A stretch of DNA of 64,000 nt from Candidatus Omnitrophota bacterium (GTDB lineage: Bacteria; Omnitrophota; Gorgyraeia; 2-02-FULL-51-18): the NCBI GenBank assembly GCA_016197155.1, contig JACPWF010000015.1:8157-72156 (forward strand), written 5' to 3'. The notes under the pieces are model-generated. The model saw nothing but the letters and a program-made list of their open reading frames with translations. It made no database searches and was not told where the DNA came from. Position 1 is the first letter of the stretch. Each line of letters opens with the position of its first letter. Below are positions 37,334 through 45,295 of the stretch, in pieces. A program made the position numbers and the translations under genes.

Positions 37334-38754
37334 ACAAGGTCACCGCGCGCGATAAAGAGATATTCGAAAATTTCCTGCGCCAGATGCCTCTTCAAAAACT
37401 GCGGCGGGATTACGGCGCCCTCCTGGGCGAGGCCGCCTGGTGGGTCTTCAACGGGTCAAGCGGGCGCGCGGATTCGTTCACGCGGAAATTTTTAAAAATC
37501 CTTCGAAAGAAAATGGGGGAGACCCGGCCCTTTTCTTTCGAGGAGCCGAAGGGCCGGCGCCATTTTTGCATCCCGCTTGTGGCAGAGTCGCGCGCGATCG
37601 GCGTTTTGGGTCTGAGCGGTTTTTCCAAAGGCGCGCGCCAGGAGCTTTTGAATATTTTGGCGCACCACGTCGACCTCCTGGTTCAAAATTCGGCGAAGGC
37701 CGAGGAGCTGGGCCGCCTCTCGGCCACGATCCGCCCGCGCGCGGTGGCCCTGTCGACGGTGCACACCGTGCACCGGATCATCAATTCGACCCTGAACCTG
37801 AATGAACTCATGTCGCGTTTGGCGCACCTGACCGCGCAGGTCCTGCGCGTCCAGCGCTCGGCGATTCACCTGGTGGAGCAAAAGACGCTGGTTTGCAAGG
37901 GGCGTGTCGGCTATCCCAAAAATAAGCCCGCCTCCGCCCGGATCGCCTGGGGAAAAAAGACAGAAGGTTCGGTGGCGAAGACCGCCAACGTGATTTTTAG
38001 AAAAAGGCTTTTGTGCGTACCGCTCATCGACGAGGACGTGATCGGGGTGATGACGGTCTCCCGCAAAAAGGACCGGAAGGATTTCAATTATTTTGATTTG
38101 GAAATTCTGACGACCCTTGCCGAAGAGGCCGTGATCGCCGTGAAAAACGCCCAGCTTTATGAGGAGCAGAAAAAAGTGACCCTCGGCACGATCCGGTCGC
38201 TGGCGGTGATCCTGGGCTCGCGCGTGACCCACTCCCTTCCCACCGAGGCGTTTTTGAGACTCGTCCTCGGCGTGGCGGGGCATTTGAGGCTCGGCGAAGA
38301 AGAGACCCAGGCGCTTCATTACGCGGCCCTTCTCAAGGATACGGCGAAAGTCGGGATCCCCGAATCCATTTTGAAAAAACCGGCCAAGCTCACCGGCGAG
38401 GAATACCTGAGCCTGAGAGAGCACCCGATCAAGGGCGCCAAGATCGTCCAGTCGTTCGAAAGCCTGAAGCCGGTGGCGCCGATCATCCTTTATTCGCGCG
38501 AAAAATACGACGGCACCGGCTACCCCGAGGGCTTGAAAGGGGAGAAGATCCCGATCGGGGCGCGGATCCTGGCCGTCGTGAACGCGTTTGAGGCGATCGT
38601 GATGGGCAGGCCCTACCGCAACCAGTCGTCGATAGACGAGGCGCTCGAAGAAATCTCGCGCAACGGCGGGACTCAGTTTGATCCCAAGGTCGTGGAGGCG
38701 TTCGTGAAGGTGGTTCAGAAAGAAAATGTCCGCCGGCTCTTGAAAAAGAAATGA
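37330..38754 (+). CDS. GAF plus HD-GYP-like domain protein with degenerate metal ligands.
   Basis: C-terminal ...AALLKDTAKVGIPESILKKPAKLTGEEY...YSREKYDGTGYPEGLKG...: HD-GYP layout with GYP intact. The HD dyad reads KD and the HHE..DG block reads YSREKYDG. Confidence 0.65.
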   Translation: MNKVTARDKEIFENFLRQMPLQKLRRDYGALLGEAAWWVFNGSSGRADSFTRKFLKILRKKMGETRPFSFEEPKGRRHFCIPLVAESRAIGVLGLSGFSKGARQELLNILAHHVDLLVQNSAKAEELGRLSATIRPRAVALSTVHTVHRIINSTLNLNELMSRLAHLTAQVLRVQRSAIHLVEQKTLVCKGRVGYPKNKPASARIAWGKKTEGSVAKTANVIFRKRLLCVPLIDEDVIGVMTVSRKKDRKDFNYFDLEILTTLAEEAVIAVKNAQLYEEQKKVTLGTIRSLAVILGSRVTHSLPTEAFLRLVLGVAGHLRLGEEETQALHYAALLKDTAKVGIPESILKKPAKLTGEEYLSLREHPIKGAKIVQSFESLKPVAPIILYSREKYDGTGYPEGLKGEKIPIGARILAVVNAFEAIVMGRPYRNQSSIDEALEEISRNGGTQFDPKVVEAFVKVVQKENVRRLLKKK

Positions 38755-39320
38755 AGACAAGGTTTTGGGCGGGCGTTTTTGCGGCAACTTTTCTCGCGGC
38801 TGTTTTTTTGAATGGCCGTCTGACTGATTTTTTCTTTTCCAGGTGGCTCAGCGGTCAATCGCATCTCGATGTCCGGGTGTCGGGCGTCATTTTGAAAAAT
38901 TGGCCGGTTTTAAGTTTTGGCTCTTTGCAGATTCGGGGCAGGGACGGCAGGGTCTGGGCGAGCGCCCGGTCGGGATTCATTCGATCGGGAAAAGGCGGGC
39001 ACACCGTCCGGCTGGGGGATGCCCTCCTTTATGAGAAAGCGTTCGGGAGCCCCTTTTTAAAATTTCTTTCGCCGGGTTCGGCAAGCCTGCGCGTCAAGGG
39101 CGGGTTTCTTTTGCGCGCGGGGCGCGTGGTGAAGGCGCACGCGCTGGTTTCTTTGCCGGAGGATTTCTTAAAACGCCTCCCGGGCCGTTTTTCTTCAAAG
39201 GTCATTCCGGTTCGGGGGATGCCTCGATCCGTCCGGGTCGTGTACGGGGGACAGGTTTTGGAGATCGCCGGAGCGCGCACGCCTTTTTTTAGGGCCCAGT
39301 GGAGCGGCGTTGGAAACTAA
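38751..39320 (+). CDS. Hypothetical secreted protein.
   Basis: N-terminal signal/TM segment, 189 aa, no recognised family. ATGA-coupled upstream. Confidence 0.4.
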   Translation: MKTRFWAGVFAATFLAAVFLNGRLTDFFFSRWLSGQSHLDVRVSGVILKNWPVLSFGSLQIRGRDGRVWASARSGFIRSGKGGHTVRLGDALLYEKAFGSPFLKFLSPGSASLRVKGGFLLRAGRVVKAHALVSLPEDFLKRLPGRFSSKVIPVRGMPRSVRVVYGGQVLEIAGARTPFFRAQWSGVGN

Positions 39321-39885
39321 ACCCCAGGAAAATCAGCAGGAACTTTTTCTGGAATTCTCACCGGAGGCCAAGCCGCCGGACCGGTTCCCCTCTTTACGGA
39401 AAACGCAAAAACCGATCCTGATCAGCACGCATCTCGAGCAGTTGATCCTCGCGGGGATTTTGACGATCCTCGCCCTCTGCCTGATTTTTTTTCTCGGGGT
39501 GTTGAGGGGCAAGTCCCTGCGGCCGGCGGCATCCTTGCGATTGCCGGCGTCTCTGCCCGCCACGCCTCGGACGGCGGCCCCGGCCGTTTCTGTTTCGCCT
39601 CACGCCCTGCCGACGCAAAATGTAGCCGCCAGTCCGGCGCCGCCCGTCATGATCGTCCCGGATCCGAACAAGCCCTACACGATTCAGCTGGTGACTTATA
39701 AAAAGAAAGAGATCGCGGAAAATGAGACGGCGCTTTTACGCCGTCAGGGATTTTTTTCGGCCATCATCCCGAGTGGCGAATATTATCAGGTGTGCGTCGG
39801 ACAGTACGCCGATAAGGCGGAGGCTGCGAGGGATTTGAAGACCTTTTCCGCCCGCTATCGGGATTGTTATTTGAGAAGGCGTTAG
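39310..39885 (+). CDS. SPOR-domain protein (peptidoglycan-binding, septal).
   Basis: TM anchor, Pro/Ala-rich linker, C-terminal SPOR fold (YTIQLVTYKKKEIAENETALLRRQGFFSAII...YYQVCVGQYADKAEA). Confidence 0.6.
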   Translation: METKPQENQQELFLEFSPEAKPPDRFPSLRKTQKPILISTHLEQLILAGILTILALCLIFFLGVLRGKSLRPAASLRLPASLPATPRTAAPAVSVSPHALPTQNVAASPAPPVMIVPDPNKPYTIQLVTYKKKEIAENETALLRRQGFFSAIIPSGEYYQVCVGQYADKAEAARDLKTFSARYRDCYLRRR

Positions 39886-39889
39886 CGCT

Positions 39890-39917
39890 TGGATTTGGGG
39901 CCGGAAATGTGGTATAT
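39890..39917 (+). promoter_or_regulatory. Putative sigma70 promoter with extended -10 (TTGGAT - 17 nt - TGgTATATT).
   Basis: Read directly upstream of the 39946 gene, followed by GAAAGGGG SD-like. Confidence 0.35.
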
Positions 39918-39945
39918 TGTGGCTTCAAATTGAAAGGGGTTTTGC

Positions 39946-40236
39946 ATGTCCATTCATTCCAGTTTACGCAGTGGCGGTAAAGGCAGAAAGCACCGCTCCG
40001 TTCTGAAACGCTATGAACGCCTTAAGTCATTGAAAGAAAAAGGGTTATGGGATGAGACAAAATCGGTTTTGGGCATCCCGAAAGTCAAGATGCAGAGGAT
40101 CAAGGTGAAGAAAGAAAAAACAGCGGCCACCCCCGCCGAAGGCGGAGCCGCGGGCGCCCCGCCCGCACCCGCCGCGCCGGGCACCTCCGCAGGCAAGGCC
40201 GCCTCCGCCGAAACCTCTAAAAATCAGAAAAAATGA
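39946..40236 (+). CDS. Small basic protein (96 aa) with Ala/Pro-rich tail.
   Basis: MSIHSSLRSGGKGRKHRSVLKRYERLKSLKEKGLW... Highly basic N-terminal half, low-complexity C-terminus. Confidence 0.45.
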   Translation: MSIHSSLRSGGKGRKHRSVLKRYERLKSLKEKGLWDETKSVLGIPKVKMQRIKVKKEKTAATPAEGGAAGAPPAPAAPGTSAGKAASAETSKNQKK

Positions 40237-40577
40237 GCCCGGTTTCGATCGAAGAGTTTAAAAAGATCGATCTCCGGATTGCCAAGATTCTCGAGGCGGA
40301 AGACATTCCCGGGGCGGACCGGATTTGGAAATTGAAGGTCGACGTGGGCGCGGAAAAAAAGACGATCGTGGCCGGCATCAAGGCTTTTTATTCAAAGGAG
40401 TCGCTTGTGGGAAAAAATGTCGTCCTCGTGAACAATCTCGCGCCGTCGGTGATTCGCGGCGTGGAATCCCAGGGAATGCTTCTGGCCGCAAAGGACGCGG
40501 CCGCTCCGGGCCAGGCGCCGGCCCTCACTCTTTTGACGGTCGACAAAGAGCTTCCGCCGGGAAGCGTGGTCGGCTAA
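40233..40577 (+). CDS. tRNA-binding protein (CsaA/Trbp111, Myf domain).
   Basis: IDLRIAKILEAEDIPGADRIWKLKVDVG...VVLVNNLAP...GVESQGMLLA. Confidence 0.75.
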   Translation: MSPVSIEEFKKIDLRIAKILEAEDIPGADRIWKLKVDVGAEKKTIVAGIKAFYSKESLVGKNVVLVNNLAPSVIRGVESQGMLLAAKDAAAPGQAPALTLLTVDKELPPGSVVG

Positions 40578-40583
40578 AAGCCG

Positions 40584-41696
40584 GTGCGCGCCCTTCAGGT
40601 CCGTTTAAAGGATCGATCCTATCCCATTTTTGTCGGCCGGGACATTCTCTCGCGCGCGGCCGATGTCCTGAATAAAGTCAAAATTTCCCAAAAACACGCG
40701 ATCGTGGTTTCTCAAAAAGAGATCGCGGCCCATTGCCAGTGGCGGCTCACCGATGCGCTCGCGAAAGGCGGCGTCGAGGCCGCTTTTTTTCTGACACCCG
40801 CGGCTAAAAGTTCCGAGGCGGCCAAATCGCAGGGCACGTATTTCAAATTGATCAAACAACTCGCCCTACTGGACGGAAAAGGCAGGTCCGTTTTTCTCAT
40901 CGCGCTCGGCGGGGGAGTGATCGGAGACCTGACCGGTTTTGCGGCGGCGGTTTATCGCCGGGGCATTCCCTACATTCAAATCCCCACGACCCTCACGGCG
41001 CAGGTGGACTCCGCGATCGGCGGGAAAACCGGCATTGACTTGCCGGAGGGCAAAAATCTTCTCGGGGCGATCTACCAGCCGCGCGCGGTCCTGAGCGACA
41101 CGGCTCTTCTGGACACCCTGCCGGACAGGCATTGGAGCGACGGGTTCGCGGAGGTGATCAAGTACGGCGTCATCCGGGACGCGCGGCTATTTTCCATTCT
41201 CGAAAAAAACGGGAAAGAGGGCATCAGAAAAAATCACCGTCTTCTGGAAAAGGTGATCCTGCGCTGTGCGCGGATCAAGGCGCGGATCGTCTCCGAGGAT
41301 GAATGGGACAAAAAGGACATCCGGATCGTTCTCAATTTCGGTCACACGGCGGGGCATGCGATCGAAGCGGCCTCGCGGTTTTCACGGGAGGTGACGCACG
41401 GCCAGGCCGTGGCCGTCGGGATGCTCATCGCCTCGGACATCGCCGACTCGCTCGGCGTTTTGAAAGACAAAACGCTCACCGGGCGCCTTGAAAAGACACT
41501 GCTCAAGTTTGACCTGCCGCTCTTCTACAAAGGTCTCTCGACCGAGGCCCTGTTTCGGGCGATGGGGTATGACAAGAAAAAGACGGACAGCGGCAAGAAC
41601 CGCTTTGTCCTGCCGGTCACGATTGGGAAAACCGCCGTCGTGTCGGACGTCCCGACGGACGTCTTGACAAAGGCTTTGGAAAAAAGAAGGAATTAA
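40584..41696 (+). CDS. aroB: 3-dehydroquinate synthase.
   Basis: GGGVIGDLTGFAAAVYRRGIPYIQIPTTLTAQVDSAIGGKTGID...NFGHTAGHAIE. GTG start. Confidence 0.85.
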   Translation: MRALQVRLKDRSYPIFVGRDILSRAADVLNKVKISQKHAIVVSQKEIAAHCQWRLTDALAKGGVEAAFFLTPAAKSSEAAKSQGTYFKLIKQLALLDGKGRSVFLIALGGGVIGDLTGFAAAVYRRGIPYIQIPTTLTAQVDSAIGGKTGIDLPEGKNLLGAIYQPRAVLSDTALLDTLPDRHWSDGFAEVIKYGVIRDARLFSILEKNGKEGIRKNHRLLEKVILRCARIKARIVSEDEWDKKDIRIVLNFGHTAGHAIEAASRFSREVTHGQAVAVGMLIASDIADSLGVLKDKTLTGRLEKTLLKFDLPLFYKGLSTEALFRAMGYDKKKTDSGKNRFVLPVTIGKTAVVSDVPTDVLTKALEKRRN

Positions 41697-42256
41697 TCGG
41701 CGGACTGAAGGACGATCGGTTCGCCCTGGTAGTCGAGACTGACCTCGCGTTCGGAAATGCTCACCACCCTCGCCCCCTGAATCCTGTCTCCCACTTTTGC
41801 GACGCGTTTGTTGATGATGCAGAAGGATTCCTGGCGAGAAAAAACGATCCCGCTGAGGGCCAAATACGGCTTCTGGATCTGCATGGGAGAACTCGGCTGG
41901 GCAAGCGGCGATTCCTCGACGCTGAACTGCGCCTGGTGCGTCACGACTGCCGGCAAAACGGCCGGCGGGGCGGTCACGGGAATATTTTGCTGAAGAGAAA
42001 TCTGGCGCGGGTTGGGCGAGCCACCCGCCGCGTGGCTGGGGACCTGATTGCGGTAGGGCCTCGAGAAAAGCGGGGCGATGATGGGGGCGGTGATGAGAAC
42101 CAAAACCAAAATCACAAAGACCGGGCCCCAGTTAAAATTTGAGGTCCTTTTGGAATAGGCCATTCCGATAGACCCCAAGGCCGCGCCGGGTTTGGCGACC
42201 GAGAAACTTTCACGGTGTTGAGAGGCCTTTTTCAAGGCCTCGTTGATGATGCTCAT
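41693..42256 (-). CDS. GspB/ExeB-like secretion accessory protein.
   Basis: MSIINEALKKASQ N-terminus typical of GspB. Single TM helix. Encoded directly downstream of (4-nt overlap with) the ExeA-like ATPase gene on the minus strand. Confidence 0.5.
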   Translation of the reverse strand: MSIINEALKKASQHRESFSVAKPGAALGSIGMAYSKRTSNFNWGPVFVILVLVLITAPIIAPLFSRPYRNQVPSHAAGGSPNPRQISLQQNIPVTAPPAVLPAVVTHQAQFSVEESPLAQPSSPMQIQKPYLALSGIVFSRQESFCIINKRVAKVGDRIQGARVVSISEREVSLDYQGEPIVLQSAD

Positions 42257-43071
42257 AACGAAACGCCTCCTTCGATTTCCACGATCGATTTTTTCACAAT
42301 CTCGGCATTGATGGAACGGGTCTCCAGGACAAAGGCCATTAAAAGAGATTTGTCGCAGACATTGTTGATGAGCCGCGGGATGCCCGCGGAATATTTAAAA
42401 ATTTCCTCGTAGGCATCGGCGTCAAAAAAAGGCCCCGCGCCGTTGGAGCCGGCCTGATTCAGGCGGTGCGTGATGTAGAGCGGGACCTCTTCCTTGTCGA
42501 GCGCTTTGATGTGGTAGCGGATCGCGATCCGCTGGCGGAGCTGGCGCAGATGGGGGAGCTCGAGCTTCTGGCGCAGTTCGGGCTGGCCGACCAGAATGAT
42601 CTGAAGCAATTTTTCATTTCCCGACTCGAGATTGGACAGCATGCGGATCTGTTCGAGGATTTTGGCGCTCAGATTCTGCGCCTCGTCGATGATGAGGACC
42701 ACGTTGTTTCCCAGGCCCAACTGCTGGATCAAAAACCGGTTCAACTCCGAAAAAAGCGAGCCTTTGTTTTTTTGGCGGGCCTCGATCCCCAGATCCTCGA
42801 CGATGGTCTGCATGAGCTGGAGGCCGGAGAGATTGGAATTAAAGATAAACGCGGTCTTTGTCTTTTCATCGAGCTGATTGAGGAGCGCCCGGCAGAGCGT
42901 GGTCTTGCCCGCGCCGATTTCACCCGTGATTTCAATGAAACCGACGCGTTCTTTGATGCCGTAGAGAAGGGAGGAAAGCGCCTCTTTGTGCCTCCGGCTC
43001 AAAAACAGGAAGGAAGGGTTGCTCGTCAGCGAAAATGGTTTTTGCTTTAACGCAAAGAATTGCTCGTACAT
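42253..43071 (-). CDS. ExeA/GspA/MshM-like AAA ATPase.
   Basis: FGL..KPFSLTSNPSFLF..., GEIGAGKTTLCRAL Walker A, VLIIDEAQNL Walker B. Confidence 0.7.
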   Translation of the reverse strand: MYEQFFALKQKPFSLTSNPSFLFLSRRHKEALSSLLYGIKERVGFIEITGEIGAGKTTLCRALLNQLDEKTKTAFIFNSNLSGLQLMQTIVEDLGIEARQKNKGSLFSELNRFLIQQLGLGNNVVLIIDEAQNLSAKILEQIRMLSNLESGNEKLLQIILVGQPELRQKLELPHLRQLRQRIAIRYHIKALDKEEVPLYITHRLNQAGSNGAGPFFDADAYEEIFKYSAGIPRLINNVCDKSLLMAFVLETRSINAEIVKKSIVEIEGGVSL

Positions 43072-43122
43072 GGGTTAGAGGCATTCTAGCAACCGGAAAA
43101 CCGGTTGTAAAGGAAAAACGGG

Positions 43123-43151
43123 GTTGACACCCGATTCCTTTTCGCATATGA
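43123..43151 (+). promoter_or_regulatory. Near-consensus sigma70 promoter (TTGACA - 17 nt - TATGAT).
   Basis: Read directly from sequence. Followed by AAAGGAG SD and ATG 43194. Confidence 0.5.
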
Positions 43152-43193
43152 TGATGAGGAAAGTTGAGAAAAAGCGCTTAGAAAGGAGTGACG

Positions 43194-43520
43194 ATGTCCA
43201 AAAATTTTTTAAGGAGTTTGAGGGCCGTGTGCGCGGGGCTTTTTCTCATGTCTTTTTGCGCGACCGCGTTCGCCCAGGATCCCTTCAGGAAGCTCGGCAG
43301 GGGCGTGGCCAATGCCCTGACCGGCTGGGTCGAGTTGCCTAAAAATATTTATTCGACGAGCAAGGAATCGAACGCCTTTGCCGGCATGACGCTGGGCCTG
43401 GCCAAGGGGGCCGGCATGTCGATCGTCCGGACGGGGGCGGGCATCTATGAGATCGTCACGTTTCCCTTCCCACTGCCTGAAAATTACAAGCCTGTCTTAG
43501 AGCCCGAGTACGTTTTTTAG
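43194..43520 (+). CDS. Small secreted protein with duplicated G-x-G-(I/V)-x3-(L/V)-T-x-(W/F)-x-E/I-P-(K/E)N-(I)Y motif.
   Basis: Signal peptide (CATAFAQD), then LGRGVANALTGWVELPKNIY and RTGAGIYEIVTFPFPLPENYKP internal repeats. Possibly TIGR04073-like (from memory, not verified). Confidence 0.55.
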   Translation: MSKNFLRSLRAVCAGLFLMSFCATAFAQDPFRKLGRGVANALTGWVELPKNIYSTSKESNAFAGMTLGLAKGAGMSIVRTGAGIYEIVTFPFPLPENYKPVLEPEYVF

Positions 43521-43537
43521 GCGGCTCTCCTTCCCCG

Positions 43538-43891
43538 ATGACTGAACGACGCAGATATTTACGGTTTAACACTCCGCTCGAATTGGAATACCGCACGCTG
43601 ACGCTGAATCCCATTTTTGGAAAGGCGCTGGCCAAGGATTTGAGCAAAGAGGGCCTGCGGTTTGAGTTAAAACAGTCCCTGCCGCCCGGCACGGCGGTGG
43701 AAATTTCCTTGAATGTTCCCGGCGACAACCTCCCCGTTTTCGCCACGGGCAAAATCGCCTGGGCGGACGGTCTGGACGCCGGCGTGCGGCTCACGAAGAT
43801 CAGTCACGAAGACCGCGCGCGGCTTTTGGAACACGCGTACCGGGAGTGGTTGAAAAGTTTTAAACGCATCCGCGAGGGGACCCTTTCTTGA
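43538..43891 (+). CDS. PilZ-domain protein (c-di-GMP receptor-type).
   Basis: RRRYLR (RxxxR) and DLSKEG (D-x-S-x-x-G) motifs. 117 aa. Confidence 0.65.
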   Translation: MTERRRYLRFNTPLELEYRTLTLNPIFGKALAKDLSKEGLRFELKQSLPPGTAVEISLNVPGDNLPVFATGKIAWADGLDAGVRLTKISHEDRARLLEHAYREWLKSFKRIREGTLS

Positions 43892-44238
43892 TCGAGAAAC
43901 GCAAGTTCATCCGGCTGAATGCCCCGATCGGCGTGACCTACAAAGTGATCACGGGGAATAAGGCGGAGGCGATTCATCTTTCGCTGGTCAAGAATATCAG
44001 CGGAGGGGGCGTGCGGATCGCGGCGAAGGACCTTTTGAAAAACGGGGACCTGCTGGATTTGAAAATTCAGATCCCGCATTTGCGCGACCCGATCCACGCC
44101 ATCGGAGAAGTCGTGTGGTTTTCCGAAAGGCGGGAAGGGGAGCGTGATTTGAAAGAGGCGGGCGTGCGTTTTCGGGACATCGAGGCGTGCGACCTGCATT
44201 GCATTCTGGAATACGTGCACACGATCGGCATCGGCTAA
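43888..44238 (+). CDS. PilZ-domain protein.
   Basis: EKRKFIR and NISGGG motifs. TTG start with 4-nt overlap. Confidence 0.6.
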   Translation: MIEKRKFIRLNAPIGVTYKVITGNKAEAIHLSLVKNISGGGVRIAAKDLLKNGDLLDLKIQIPHLRDPIHAIGEVVWFSERREGERDLKEAGVRFRDIEACDLHCILEYVHTIGIG

Positions 44239-44260
44239 ATAAAGAAGGCGAGAGGAAAAA

Positions 44261-44524
44261 ATGGCGGAAGAAACGGCAGTCAAGGAAAAGAAACCCAAAA
44301 AGAAAAAATCGTGGCCGACCAACTGCGTCCAATCGAACAAGCGCATCCGGCGGAAAGACTGGTATTGCCGGAACGGCAAATATTTTGCCAATAAAAAAGC
44401 ATTTAAGCTTTACCAGGAGGCTCAAGCCGTCGAGAAGGCCAAGAAGGCGGCTGAGGCGGCCACGGCCGCCGAAGCGGCCAAGGCCCAGGCTCCACCGGCG
44501 CCGGAAGAAAAACCCGCCTCATGA
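44261..44524 (+). CDS. Lys-rich 87-aa protein of unknown function.
   Basis: GAGAGGAAAAA SD then ATG. KKPKKKKSWPTNC...WYCRNGKYFANKKAFKLY core, then Ala/Lys/Glu-rich tail. ATGA-coupled to the HIT gene. Confidence 0.4.
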   Translation: MAEETAVKEKKPKKKKSWPTNCVQSNKRIRRKDWYCRNGKYFANKKAFKLYQEAQAVEKAKKAAEAATAAEAAKAQAPPAPEEKPAS

Positions 44525-44871
44525 GCGAGGCCGATTGCCTTTTTTGTAAAATCGCGGATCGGGAAATTCCCAGCACCGTGGTTTACGAAAGCGAATCGGT
44601 TTTAGGTTTCAACGACATCCGTCCTCAAGCTCCGGTCCATATTTTATTCATGCCCAAGCGCCACATCTCCGGCATCCACGAAGTCACCGCTCGAAACGTC
44701 GGAGAGGCAGGCGCCCTCCTGTTGGCCGCCAATGAGGTGGCCCGCGAGAAGGGCTTGTCGGAAGCCGGTTACCGGCTCGTGGTCAATTGCAAAGCCGACG
44801 GCGGCCAAACCGTCGACCATCTTCACCTGCATCTTTTGGGCGGGCGAAGAATGACCTGGCCTCCCGGGTAA
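44521..44871 (+). CDS. HIT-family (HinT-like) nucleotide hydrolase.
   Basis: CLFCKI...VLGFNDIRPQAPVHILFMPKRHI...DHLHLHLLGG histidine triad. Confidence 0.8.
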   Translation: MSEADCLFCKIADREIPSTVVYESESVLGFNDIRPQAPVHILFMPKRHISGIHEVTARNVGEAGALLLAANEVAREKGLSEAGYRLVVNCKADGGQTVDHLHLHLLGGRRMTWPPG

Positions 44872-44879
44872 AATTTTCG

Positions 44880-45239
44880 ATGCGGATACCCAAGCCCATC
44901 CTCGACCGCCGGCGCGCCCTGCGCATCCGGGAGAGCCTTCCGTTTCAGATCGGCCACAAGGATTACGAGTGCCAGGCCGTCAGCATCAACATCAGCTCCA
45001 GCGGCATTTATTGTCTGGTGGACCGGAATATTCCGGTGATGACTCAGCTGGACTTGTGCCTTTTTCTACCGTCGGTCGAAAAGAAACGCGCCAAGAAAAT
45101 CGAGTTAAGAGGCGTGGTGGTCCGGAGGGAAAAACAGGCCGCCACCGGTAAATTTTTCATCGCGATTTATTTTTCGCGGGCCAAACCCGTCGATCGGGAG
45201 TTTTTGGAGAAATACATTCTTCAACGCCTGAAAAAATAA
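44880..45239 (+). CDS. PilZ-domain protein.
   Basis: DRRRALRIR (RxxxR) and NISSSG motifs. Start at ATG 44880; the track ORF 44787 overlaps the HIT gene. Confidence 0.55.
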   Translation: MRIPKPILDRRRALRIRESLPFQIGHKDYECQAVSINISSSGIYCLVDRNIPVMTQLDLCLFLPSVEKKRAKKIELRGVVVRREKQAATGKFFIAIYFSRAKPVDREFLEKYILQRLKK

Positions 45240-45295
45240 AAGGAGACAGAATCGACAAGGCCGCTCTTTTATCCCATTGCCCCCTTTTTTCCGGC

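Noticed and set aside
37492-38787. 431-aa minus-strand ORF.
   Set aside because: Entirely antisense to the GAF-HD-GYP gene. No recognisable motifs.
40100-40236. Ala/Pro/Gly-rich coding stretch, considered as a tandem DNA repeat.
   Set aside because: Low-complexity protein tail of the small basic protein, not a nucleotide-level tandem repeat.
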